IMG/VR virus record: IMGVR_UViG_3300021493_000001
Length of the DNA stretch: 64,000 bases
Direction: 5' to 3' (one strand)
Origin: a virus
A model generated the notes under the pieces. That model did no database searches. It was not told the DNA's origin and saw only the letters and a program-made list of their open reading frames with translations. Shown here piece by piece: positions 32,844 to 42,020 of the stretch. Position numbers and translations under genes: made by a program. Numbering within the stretch: the stretch's first letter is position 1; every line of letters begins with the position of its first letter.

Positions 32844-35800
32844 TTGGCAAAGGGCTACGATGTAAGTATCACCATAACTACTCAATGGAGGGAGGGTGGC
32901 AAACCACCTTCCCCTCAAAAGATTGAACGAATTAAAAAGCCTATTCGGGATTTAAATACTGAAATTCGCAAACAACAAGGATTATTATCTAGATTTTATA
33001 ATAACTGGAAAAGCACTTTTGCTGTTTTTGCTGCTGGATATGCCTCAGTTGTATTATTCTTGGGAGCTATGAGAGCTTTAAGCAATACAATTACAGGCGG
33101 AATTAAAAAGATTGCTGAGTTTGAAGCTTCAGTAGCTTCCTTAACCGCTAGATTAATATCATTAATCAGAACCAAACCAGGAGAGAGTTTGTCTGCTGGA
33201 TGGGAACGAATATCTAATTATGTAAAGGATGTATATACCTGGGCTGTCAAATTAGATGCTCAATTCATTGGAACGGCTGAAGAATTAATGGAAGCATTCA
33301 AGGCTTTAGCTGACCAAGGAATAATTTTAAATGTTCAATCTGAAGAACATCGTAAAGCGTGGCTTGCTATTGCTGCTGCTGCTAAAGCAGCCAATCCTCA
33401 TATTCAAAGACAAGGACAAATATATCAGGAAATCAGAGGTTTTATTCAGCATATCACAAGACAGGGAAATGAACTTGCAAGACAAGCAAAAGCAATGATT
33501 CCGAATTATGAAAAACAAGTTGAACTTCTCTCAAGTGCAGATGAGTGGGCTAAATTCTTAAATACTCATTTCTTAGGCTATTTGGTCTTATCTCAAAAAA
33601 TTGGTCAAACTTGGGATGCCATTGTTGCTACATTTGGAAGTTATTTTAGTTTACTACAAAGGTTTGGATTGAGGCCATTATTTGAAACCTTAAAAAATAT
33701 CATTCTGGATATGGCAAATTATTTAAGAGAACACCTCGTGCCTTTAAGTGCTAATTTTGCCATAATTTGGCGTGAAATTTCTCCTGCTATTCGTTTAGTT
33801 GCTGATATATTTGGGATAATATTCAAGACCATTTCAGCTATATCTCCTGTAATTGCTGCGATTTCCCATGTCATTGGCACACTAGCATCCTTATTTAGAG
33901 TGCCACTTAAATTGTTTTCTCTAATGCTAGATAAGCTTATAGATTATGAAGGACAATTAATTAGAATAGAAAACCAACAGAAACGGACATTCACAATTAC
34001 AGAAACTGAAAGAAAACTACTGGAACTCAGAAAAAAAGAAGAAAAAATTGATTTAGCTAAACCATTGCAATTAGCTAAAGAAGCGGAGTTTGAGTTATTA
34101 GCAGCAGCTAAAAGTGCGACTTATGCAAGACTTGAATTAAAACGTCGTGAAATTAAAGCTGAGATGGAGAAAACAAAGACAAAAATTAAAATGTTACTAG
34201 AAGAAAGGCAATTAGAACAGAAACTAGCACAAGAAAGAAAAGAAGAAGCAGAAAAAGAACGAAAAAAATGGGAGAGTGATTATAACAAATGGGTTAAGCT
34301 CAATTCAGAACTTAGCCAATTGCAACAGAGATTATACAGGATGCCTCTTGGAGGTGGAGCTGAAGCTGGGGAAATAATGTCCCGAATTAATCAAATTAAA
34401 CCAAAAATATTAGAGCTATCAGAAAGCCTTAATAAGTATAACAAAGCTCAGGAAGATTATACTAAAAATTCTGAAAAAGCTAAACAAGCTGAGCAAAAGA
34501 TTGTGGAGCTTAGAGGAAAGTTAACAATATTAAATAAATATCTCGCACTTGTTACAAAACAATTAACTGAAGAGGACGAACGTTTAAGAAAAGAAAAAGA
34601 AGAAGGAACTAAAAAAGAAATAAGTAATATTCAAAAAATCCGTGATGCTTACAATGCTTTGTTAATGGATTATGAAAGATATGAAAGCCAAAGAAAAGAA
34701 ATTTCTCAAGAAATGGCTACTGAGAGATTAAGAATTGAGGCTAAGCTTACAGGTAGTCTGGAAGACCAATATAAATATCGTATGAAACAAGTAGAAGAAT
34801 GGGAAACTCAAAAATTGAACCGAGTTTTATCTATCAGAAATGCAATGCTGAAAAAGATTGAAGCGATGGCAAGAAGAATTAGAGAAGAAGCAGCGAAAGA
34901 AGGCAGAACATCACTTGACCAATTGACACAAGAAGAATTAAAAATGCTTGTTAACTTGGTTAAAAAACGAGTTCAAGTAGAAAAAGATGCTGAAGATGCA
35001 ATAAATGCAATAAGAAGAGCAGGAGCAGATAAAGGAAAAGAAATCTTTAGAGATATATATACTTATTCTATAGATTTAGCACAAACTTTTCAAAATACAA
35101 TTTCAGATGCTTTTGAAGGCATAGTATTAGGAACTCGGAAACTTTCAGATGTTTTTAAGGCTATGCGAGATGCTTTAGTGCGAGAGTTTGCAACGGGTTT
35201 AGCTGGAATGATTACAAAGAAAATTGAATGGGAAAAAACCTTAATTGGAAATTTAGAAATAAACTTACCTAAAGCATTTGGAAACCCTTTAGAAAAGATA
35301 AAATCCATTTGGTCTTCTGCTATGGATTGGCTTAAAGGCTCAACAGGTAAATTGCTGGGAGCACTGGGCACTGCTACATATGGCATTGCTGGAATGGTGG
35401 GAAGTGAACCTTGGCGTGCTATTGGTGGTGCTGGTGCAACAGCAGCCTTGTTTACAGGCCATCCTGTAATTGCTATGGCAACAATCACAGCAGCAGAAAT
35501 TGGAAGAGCAATCTTTAAAGGTAGAGTTGAATGGGTAGGTGTTGGTGCTGGTGCAGCGGGGATACCAATAACTCAGATTGGATTGAGAAGAGGAATTCCT
35601 ATGAGACCCATTTTAGGAGCGGGTATGTTAGCTGGTGGAGCATTGGGTGCAATTGGAGGTCAAACTTTGGGAGCTGTGGGTGCAGCTTTAGGTGGAACTG
35701 GTGGAACACTCGGTGCGATGCTAGGTGGGGCAGCATTTGGTGCTGGTATAGGTCTTGCTGTAGCTGGCATAGTTTCTTTATTTACCTCAATGTTTAGCCG

Positions 35801-37988
35801 TAAATGGCCAACTATCCGTGGAACAGCAGAGATATCATTAAAAGGTTTAAGTGATAGTCTAGATTATGTTGAAGGGTATATGAGGGAGATTGAAAAATAT
35901 CTGGATGAACATACTGAAATCTATGCAATGTATAAGACTAAGTTTGCTAGAATCACAATAATGGAAAAGAGAGATGTCAAAGGAAGCATGGATGAGATTA
36001 CACAGGCATTTGGTAGTTTTGTAGATGATTTGGTTGATTTTTACCAAAGTATTCTTCCTTCAACAATGAGATTTGAAGAATTGCCTAGCATTAAAATGAC
36101 TTTTGGTGCTGGTAAGAAAAACATGGAAAATCTAGCTAAGCAGTTTGTTAATGAACTGGTATCACAAACATACAATGCTTGGGCAGTGCCAATTGTAGAA
36201 GAATATAATAGATTGCTTGGTATGGATTTATTTGAAAAATTTGGTTTACCTAAAATTGGCGAACTAGTTGGTGGGATTGGACATCGCTGGAATGAGCAAA
36301 TGAAAAAGTTATATGAGAGACTTAGCAGAGAAGTATTACCATCATTAGGAGTTGCTTTCACTTATGCCAAAACAATCATGAACCTAGTGGATAAATATGG
36401 AGAGGGATTGGTTGGTATATATAAGGATGAGATTGCTAATGAACTCGTAAATATGTTAGAGAAATATAAAGGTGAAGTGCAGGGGCTAAAGGAAGAAGAA
36501 GTAAAAAAGAAAGCAGAGGAGTTTGGACAAACTGTCAATGAATACCTGTCAACAGTGGTTTCTATCATTGGTGAGATAGAAGATATTATTGCTCAATATA
36601 CTTTGAGTTCATTTGAGCAGAATTTACGAGAGATAAGAAGCTGGTATCAGGAAAAACTAGCTGAGCTTACTTCTTTGGGCTTGTCCACAGAGAGGTTGCT
36701 GCTTGCTGTCACATTGAAGATTAAAAATCTTATAGAACAATCAGTAATTGCACCTCTTAAATCTTTATATGTCTCCATTCAGCAATTTAGATTGCCTGAG
36801 CCTGCTTTTGTTTCATGGCAGGTTGCACAATTAGAAACTAAATGGGGGCCAATCTGGGGTGATATTGATGCCTTGGCAGGTAGATGGGATGAGTTGATTG
36901 CAGATGCCTCAACATATTTTAGCTTATTACAGAGACAGTTTGAATTTGAGGCACAAGCCATTAGGGCAAGGGCAGAAGAAAGAAAAGCACAAATCAGGAC
37001 TGAAGCGGAAGCACAAAGAGCAGTGATGCAGGAGAGGCTGAATGGAATACAAGAAGAAACCTCAGCACTCCGAGAACAAAAGAGAGAGTTAGAAAGCATT
37101 AAAGAACAATGGAAAGGTGTGATAGATAGTATAAAGCAAAGGCTACAAGAATTACAGTTTGGCCCTGAAGCACCAGTGCAGTCTTGGGCTGCCTATCAGG
37201 TCAAATGGGCTGAACTAGTGGAAGCAGCAAAGACTAGTCCTGAAGCTGCACAAGAGCTAATTGAATTTTCAAAGAGGTATTTAGAAATAGCTAAGATATA
37301 TGCACCAAGTCAATACCTAGACATTTGGCAACAAGTAGTAAGCACCTTACAGGATGTTGAAAATAATGCGGTTTCTGAAATAGATTTATTACAGACACAG
37401 ATTGATGCAATAGAAAGGCAGACAGAGGCACTAGAAAATAGGGCTAGAGATATTGAGCGTTCAATGAACAATATTGGCAGTGATTTATCAGCACGGTTAG
37501 CTGCAATAGATGCCCAAGCAGAGCAACAAATTACATTGCTAAGACAAGAGTATGCCAACAGGATGATGGCAATCCATGACCGTCTAAGAGAAGTGGGTGA
37601 GTATCTTGCAAAGCAGATAGAAGAGCAAATGCCAGAAGATATTAGACTGCTTACAGCAACAGCAAACTGGCTAGAGAAAATATACAATTATTTAACTGGC
37701 GTTCCATCGGCACAAACAGGTGGAGTAACTACAAGAGAGGGTCTATATCATCTCCATGCAGGGGAAACAATATTACCACGTAATACAAATATTAAGGTTG
37801 AGATTGACAGTGATAAACTAGGTAAGTCAATTGCATCATCATTACTAAGTGCTGGTGTAACTAGTGGGTCTGGTTCTCAATCTATCCATCTGCATATAGA
37901 CGGTAGAGAAATAGCAACAGTTACAGCCGAGCAAATGAGGCGAGGTCACTCTGAACTGATTAAGCAAGTAAGGAGGGTGTCGCACTAG
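32844..37988 (+). CDS. Tape measure protein
   Basis: 1714 aa, long coiled coils, Gly/Ala hydrophobic segment, C-terminal LHAGETILP and LHIDGREI. Confidence 0.9.
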   Translation: MAKGYDVSITITTQWREGGKPPSPQKIERIKKPIRDLNTEIRKQQGLLSRFYNNWKSTFAVFAAGYASVVLFLGAMRALSNTITGGIKKIAEFEASVASLTARLISLIRTKPGESLSAGWERISNYVKDVYTWAVKLDAQFIGTAEELMEAFKALADQGIILNVQSEEHRKAWLAIAAAAKAANPHIQRQGQIYQEIRGFIQHITRQGNELARQAKAMIPNYEKQVELLSSADEWAKFLNTHFLGYLVLSQKIGQTWDAIVATFGSYFSLLQRFGLRPLFETLKNIILDMANYLREHLVPLSANFAIIWREISPAIRLVADIFGIIFKTISAISPVIAAISHVIGTLASLFRVPLKLFSLMLDKLIDYEGQLIRIENQQKRTFTITETERKLLELRKKEEKIDLAKPLQLAKEAEFELLAAAKSATYARLELKRREIKAEMEKTKTKIKMLLEERQLEQKLAQERKEEAEKERKKWESDYNKWVKLNSELSQLQQRLYRMPLGGGAEAGEIMSRINQIKPKILELSESLNKYNKAQEDYTKNSEKAKQAEQKIVELRGKLTILNKYLALVTKQLTEEDERLRKEKEEGTKKEISNIQKIRDAYNALLMDYERYESQRKEISQEMATERLRIEAKLTGSLEDQYKYRMKQVEEWETQKLNRVLSIRNAMLKKIEAMARRIREEAAKEGRTSLDQLTQEELKMLVNLVKKRVQVEKDAEDAINAIRRAGADKGKEIFRDIYTYSIDLAQTFQNTISDAFEGIVLGTRKLSDVFKAMRDALVREFATGLAGMITKKIEWEKTLIGNLEINLPKAFGNPLEKIKSIWSSAMDWLKGSTGKLLGALGTATYGIAGMVGSEPWRAIGGAGATAALFTGHPVIAMATITAAEIGRAIFKGRVEWVGVGAGAAGIPITQIGLRRGIPMRPILGAGMLAGGALGAIGGQTLGAVGAALGGTGGTLGAMLGGAAFGAGIGLAVAGIVSLFTSMFSRKWPTIRGTAEISLKGLSDSLDYVEGYMREIEKYLDEHTEIYAMYKTKFARITIMEKRDVKGSMDEITQAFGSFVDDLVDFYQSILPSTMRFEELPSIKMTFGAGKKNMENLAKQFVNELVSQTYNAWAVPIVEEYNRLLGMDLFEKFGLPKIGELVGGIGHRWNEQMKKLYERLSREVLPSLGVAFTYAKTIMNLVDKYGEGLVGIYKDEIANELVNMLEKYKGEVQGLKEEEVKKKAEEFGQTVNEYLSTVVSIIGEIEDIIAQYTLSSFEQNLREIRSWYQEKLAELTSLGLSTERLLLAVTLKIKNLIEQSVIAPLKSLYVSIQQFRLPEPAFVSWQVAQLETKWGPIWGDIDALAGRWDELIADASTYFSLLQRQFEFEAQAIRARAEERKAQIRTEAEAQRAVMQERLNGIQEETSALREQKRELESIKEQWKGVIDSIKQRLQELQFGPEAPVQSWAAYQVKWAELVEAAKTSPEAAQELIEFSKRYLEIAKIYAPSQYLDIWQQVVSTLQDVENNAVSEIDLLQTQIDAIERQTEALENRARDIERSMNNIGSDLSARLAAIDAQAEQQITLLRQEYANRMMAIHDRLREVGEYLAKQIEEQMPEDIRLLTATANWLEKIYNYLTGVPSAQTGGVTTREGLYHLHAGETILPRNTNIKVEIDSDKLGKSIASSLLSAGVTSGSGSQSIHLHIDGREIATVTAEQMRRGHSELIKQVRRVSH

Positions 37989-38473
37989 TGGCTAAGTCAT
38001 TTTTCTCTTGGCAATGGGCAGATGGTTGGGAATGGGGTGATGGATGGCAGTGGTGCAGTATTTCAGGCAAAATGGCTGATTATTTACCTCACAAAGAACC
38101 AGATTATGATGCAGAGTTTCCTGATTTACCTGTGGAGAGTTTGTCTGAGAATATAGATACAGAGTGTAGGATAGTTGAGACAGAAGACAATGATGAGGAA
38201 AGGGTGGCTATGAGTGAACCATTTTTTATAGTCACACTGAACTTCCCTCAACTAAGTAAAAACCAGATTGCAACACTGTTTGATTTTTATTTTAATGAAA
38301 ATAAGGCTAATGGTAGGATTAATTCTTTCAAATGGACACATCCCACAGATAACTGCACTTATGTAGTGCGGTTTGATACGGATTTAGAGAGTGGTCTTAA
38401 AAGAGGATTTTATGCTGATAGTTTTTCAATTGATTTACGAGTGTTGGGGTGGGATACATTAGATTTAGATTGA
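37988..38473 (+). CDS. Distal tail (Dit)-like protein
   Basis: Follows tape measure; SFKWTHPTD...YVVRFD; Trp-rich N-terminus. Confidence 0.7.
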   Translation: MAKSFFSWQWADGWEWGDGWQWCSISGKMADYLPHKEPDYDAEFPDLPVESLSENIDTECRIVETEDNDEERVAMSEPFFIVTLNFPQLSKNQIATLFDFYFNENKANGRINSFKWTHPTDNCTYVVRFDTDLESGLKRGFYADSFSIDLRVLGWDTLDLD

Positions 38474-38485
38474 AGAGGTTAGGGT

Positions 38486-39709
38486 ATGGCAGATAAACGA
38501 GTATATTCATGTGTTGCGTTAACTGGCGGGGCTTCAGGTGCTCTTGATGCTTTGCCATATAATTCATTGCAAGACGGCGAGTTAGCATTCACTGTGACAG
38601 ATGATTATATTTATGTTCATGTCTTTGATGCTAGTAGCTCATCCTCAGAAAGCTCACCAGATGTAATTACACCTGATGACGTAGGCTCAAACACAGGGCG
38701 ATGGTTGCTCAGGCTTAGTTTTCTTGAACCATTATATGTAGATAGGACAAATAGTAGGTTAGGGCTGGGTAAGAGTCCTAGTTATCAACTTGATATGACT
38801 GGTAGTATAAATCTAGAGAACACCACTCATGCCAATCAGTATGGGATTATATACAAAGAAGGGACTGCGTTTTTTCATAACTTTAATTATGGTGATAATG
38901 GAACTGTAACCACTGTTGGGCATAATCTCTTTATCGGTGAGAATGCGGGTAACCTCACTATGGGGTCAACAGCAACTCAAACTTACCATAGTAGCTATAA
39001 TATTGGGATAGGAGATGATGTGCTTCATGCCAATACTACTGGTTATCAGAATGTAGGGATTGGCCCGTTAGCTCTTAGCTCAAACACTTCTGGAGTTGAA
39101 AATTCAGTAGTGGGGTATAATGCACTTCATGCTAATACTACTGGTAGGTATAATTCAGGATTAGGAACACGAGTGCTTTCTTACAATTCTAGTGGTGATT
39201 ATAACTCAGGATTAGGAAATCGGGCACTTGGAAATAATACTACTGGAGATTACAATGTAGGGATAGGATATAATGCAGGACGATATATTGCTAACGGCTC
39301 TGACCCTAATCAAACTTCTAATCAATGTATTTTTATTGGTTCTGATACCAAAGCATCTGCTGATGGTGTTACTAATGAGATAGTAATCGGTTATGATGCG
39401 ACTGGAAAAGGAAGCAATACAATAGTATTAGGGAATGATAGTATTACAAAGACATTTTTAAAGGGTAGTGTTAGCATAGGAGTAGCAGACCCTGAAGAGG
39501 CAGTCCATGCGTCTGGAAAAGGTTATTTTACCGAAGGTGTTAGAGTAAGAGAGGATGTAGATGATTATGGTGGTAATTTCACAAATTATACCCCTCCAAC
39601 TGGTGCTAGTGCCTTGATTATTTTAGCAGCAGACACTAATGCGTCTAACCCAGGTCAAAGGCTTTATGCTTATGTAAATGGAAGTTGGAGATATGTAGAT
39701 TTAACTTAG
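38486..39709 (+). CDS. Tail fibre with 17-aa Asn/Gly repeats
   Basis: Five to six NxGxGxxALxxNTTGxx repeats at 38999-39280. Confidence 0.75.
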   Translation: MADKRVYSCVALTGGASGALDALPYNSLQDGELAFTVTDDYIYVHVFDASSSSSESSPDVITPDDVGSNTGRWLLRLSFLEPLYVDRTNSRLGLGKSPSYQLDMTGSINLENTTHANQYGIIYKEGTAFFHNFNYGDNGTVTTVGHNLFIGENAGNLTMGSTATQTYHSSYNIGIGDDVLHANTTGYQNVGIGPLALSSNTSGVENSVVGYNALHANTTGRYNSGLGTRVLSYNSSGDYNSGLGNRALGNNTTGDYNVGIGYNAGRYIANGSDPNQTSNQCIFIGSDTKASADGVTNEIVIGYDATGKGSNTIVLGNDSITKTFLKGSVSIGVADPEEAVHASGKGYFTEGVRVREDVDDYGGNFTNYTPPTGASALIILAADTNASNPGQRLYAYVNGSWRYVDLT

Positions 39710-39718
39710 GAGTTTTGA

Positions 39719-39970
39719 ATGGGTAGATTTATTAAGTTTAAGAAACCAACCAGAAAACAGCTTTTGGAACGGATTGTTTTACTTGAGGGGGAGATTAGAA
39801 AGGTAAGAACTGAAACATTAAAGATAGTGGAACAAGAATTGAATACTAGAACTGCACAATTGCAAGATTTGTTAACTGAAATAACTGCATTGGTTGCTCT
39901 TTTAAAAGATAAAGGAGTAGCTACTCAAAAAGAAATAAACGAATGGTTAGAAAAGAAGAGAAATGGCTAG
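39719..39970 (+). CDS. Small coiled-coil protein
   Basis: AGGAG upstream; heptad pattern. Confidence 0.65.
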   Translation: MGRFIKFKKPTRKQLLERIVLLEGEIRKVRTETLKIVEQELNTRTAQLQDLLTEITALVALLKDKGVATQKEINEWLEKKRNG

Positions 39971-42020
39971 CTATTATGTAGATGCAACTTTAGGTGATGA
40001 CAGCAACCCTGGGACACAAACCCAGCCTTGGAAGACTGTATCTAAAGTAAACTCTATTAGTTTTAGTGCTGGTGATAATATATATTTTAAAAGAGGGGAA
40101 GTTTGGCGAGAAACTTTAACCGTTCCTTCTTCTGGTTCAGATGGAAATCTTATTACCTTTGGAGCGTATGGGAATGGTGATAAACCTAAGATAACAGGGG
40201 CAGATATTGAGACAGGTTGGACAGGACCAGATGAAAATGGTGTTTGGCAAATTAGTGATAGTATATGGGAACACCAGATTCTATTGGAAGATGGTGAAAA
40301 ATTGTATAGGTTACAATCTTCAGACCCTGCTGATTTAAGTCTAGGTCAATTTGGCGGTGACTCCAACCATATTTATTATAAACCAACTTCAGGCACTCCT
40401 GATGACCATGTTCTTGAATTAGGGGTTAGAAAATATCCACTTTATATCAATGGGAAATCTTATATAAAAGTGGAGAATTTGAGGTTTGAAGCAGGGGCTT
40501 ATACATCTGCTGACCCATATAAATCTCGCACCGTGGTGGCAATTCATGATTGTAATTCTTGTAAGATTTCCAATTGTGAGGTTCATTTTGGAGGATTTTT
40601 CGGAATAAGTCTTAATAATGCTACTAATTGTGATATTGAAAACACTGAAGTTACATATATTGGAAGGCGTGGGATTAATATTGGTGCTGATTGCTCAGAT
40701 ATTACGATAAGTTATTGCCATGTCCATCATATTGGGAAGAAAGATACTCTCAATTCAGAAGGCATTTCTACAGGGGATAAAGAGGGAATCGCTATATCTG
40801 CCTTTAGTTCAGAAGGTTCTCAAGAGCCTTACAATATTACGATTGAATATAATGAAATACATGATAATGGGACAGATTATGCAGAAAAAAGCACAAATTG
40901 TAAAGGGATTTGCATCTCTCAAGGTGGAGCTGATAGTGGAAATATAACTAATGTTACAATTAGATATAATAAAATTTATAACTGTGATGGTAAGGGAATT
41001 TCACTGGAGGGAGTAAATGGAGACTATGAAATTTATTATAATATTGTCTTTAATAATGGGATAGGAGAACAGGATAGTGGGACTTCTCCTTGGGGTGGCC
41101 TTATAATGGGCACTGCTACAGGGACTGCAAATGTTAAGATATTCAATAATGTATTTTGGAAAAATGATGGAGGACCTGGAACAGGTGTAAAGACAAATGT
41201 TCGTATTAGTGTGGGTTCGGGTTCAACTCTAGCTCTTTCCTTCAAAAATAATATAGTTGGCCTTTTCCAAGATGCCAATGGTTATGATTTATATTTTGCT
41301 TCTTCAGGCACTCTTAATCTGGATTCTGATTATAACCTGTTTTATGAAGACTCAGATAGTAAGAATTGCATATATTGGAATGGCGACACTTATGATTATG
41401 CACATATTCTTGGGAGTGAGTCGGGTTATTGGTCTCATGACCATTCACAAGACTCTCATTCTTTATGTCAAAATCCACTCTTTATAGATGCAGATAATTA
41501 TGACTTCCATCTCCAAATTTCTTCCCCCTGTATTGATACAGGGATAGGTGTTGGATTGACGGAAGATTATGAAGGTAACTCTGTTCCAAGAGGTGAAGGG
41601 GTTGACATTGGTGCTTACGAGAGGATGACAGGTGAAATGTGGAACTATCTGGATTCTTTAACACCTGATTATGATTACTCTTTGCCCATAGAACCACAAG
41701 AGACAATGGTGGAAGATGGCGAACCTTGGCAAAAAATATTGCTAGGTAGTGGATTTGATGAAAAGCGGATAGAGCTAGGGGATGTAAAGTTTTATGTTAC
41801 CTTAAAATGGCCTACATTGACAAAAAGTGAAAGTAATGAATTGTTTAGTTTTTATTTAGGGGTGGAGAAGACAAAGACCTTTAAATGGCAAAATCCTAAA
41901 GACAGCCATGACTATGTAGTGCGATTTGATACAAAAATGAAAAGGACAATAGCAGCAGGAGGATTATACTCAATTGACCCAGTGCGATTGAGAGTTTTAG
42001 GTAATTATTCAGAGGGATAA
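39963..42020 (+). CDS. Parallel beta-helix protein with C-terminal Dit-like domain
   Basis: YYVDATLGDDSNPGTQTQPWKT; beta-helix repeats; VDIGAYE; C-terminal TFKWQNPKD...YVVRFD. Confidence 0.8.
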   Translation: MASYYVDATLGDDSNPGTQTQPWKTVSKVNSISFSAGDNIYFKRGEVWRETLTVPSSGSDGNLITFGAYGNGDKPKITGADIETGWTGPDENGVWQISDSIWEHQILLEDGEKLYRLQSSDPADLSLGQFGGDSNHIYYKPTSGTPDDHVLELGVRKYPLYINGKSYIKVENLRFEAGAYTSADPYKSRTVVAIHDCNSCKISNCEVHFGGFFGISLNNATNCDIENTEVTYIGRRGINIGADCSDITISYCHVHHIGKKDTLNSEGISTGDKEGIAISAFSSEGSQEPYNITIEYNEIHDNGTDYAEKSTNCKGICISQGGADSGNITNVTIRYNKIYNCDGKGISLEGVNGDYEIYYNIVFNNGIGEQDSGTSPWGGLIMGTATGTANVKIFNNVFWKNDGGPGTGVKTNVRISVGSGSTLALSFKNNIVGLFQDANGYDLYFASSGTLNLDSDYNLFYEDSDSKNCIYWNGDTYDYAHILGSESGYWSHDHSQDSHSLCQNPLFIDADNYDFHLQISSPCIDTGIGVGLTEDYEGNSVPRGEGVDIGAYERMTGEMWNYLDSLTPDYDYSLPIEPQETMVEDGEPWQKILLGSGFDEKRIELGDVKFYVTLKWPTLTKSESNELFSFYLGVEKTKTFKWQNPKDSHDYVVRFDTKMKRTIAAGGLYSIDPVRLRVLGNYSEG

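Noticed and set aside
35090-37687. Several antisense ORFs within the tape measure gene
   Set aside because: Explained by codon periodicity of the sense gene; no ribosome-binding sites
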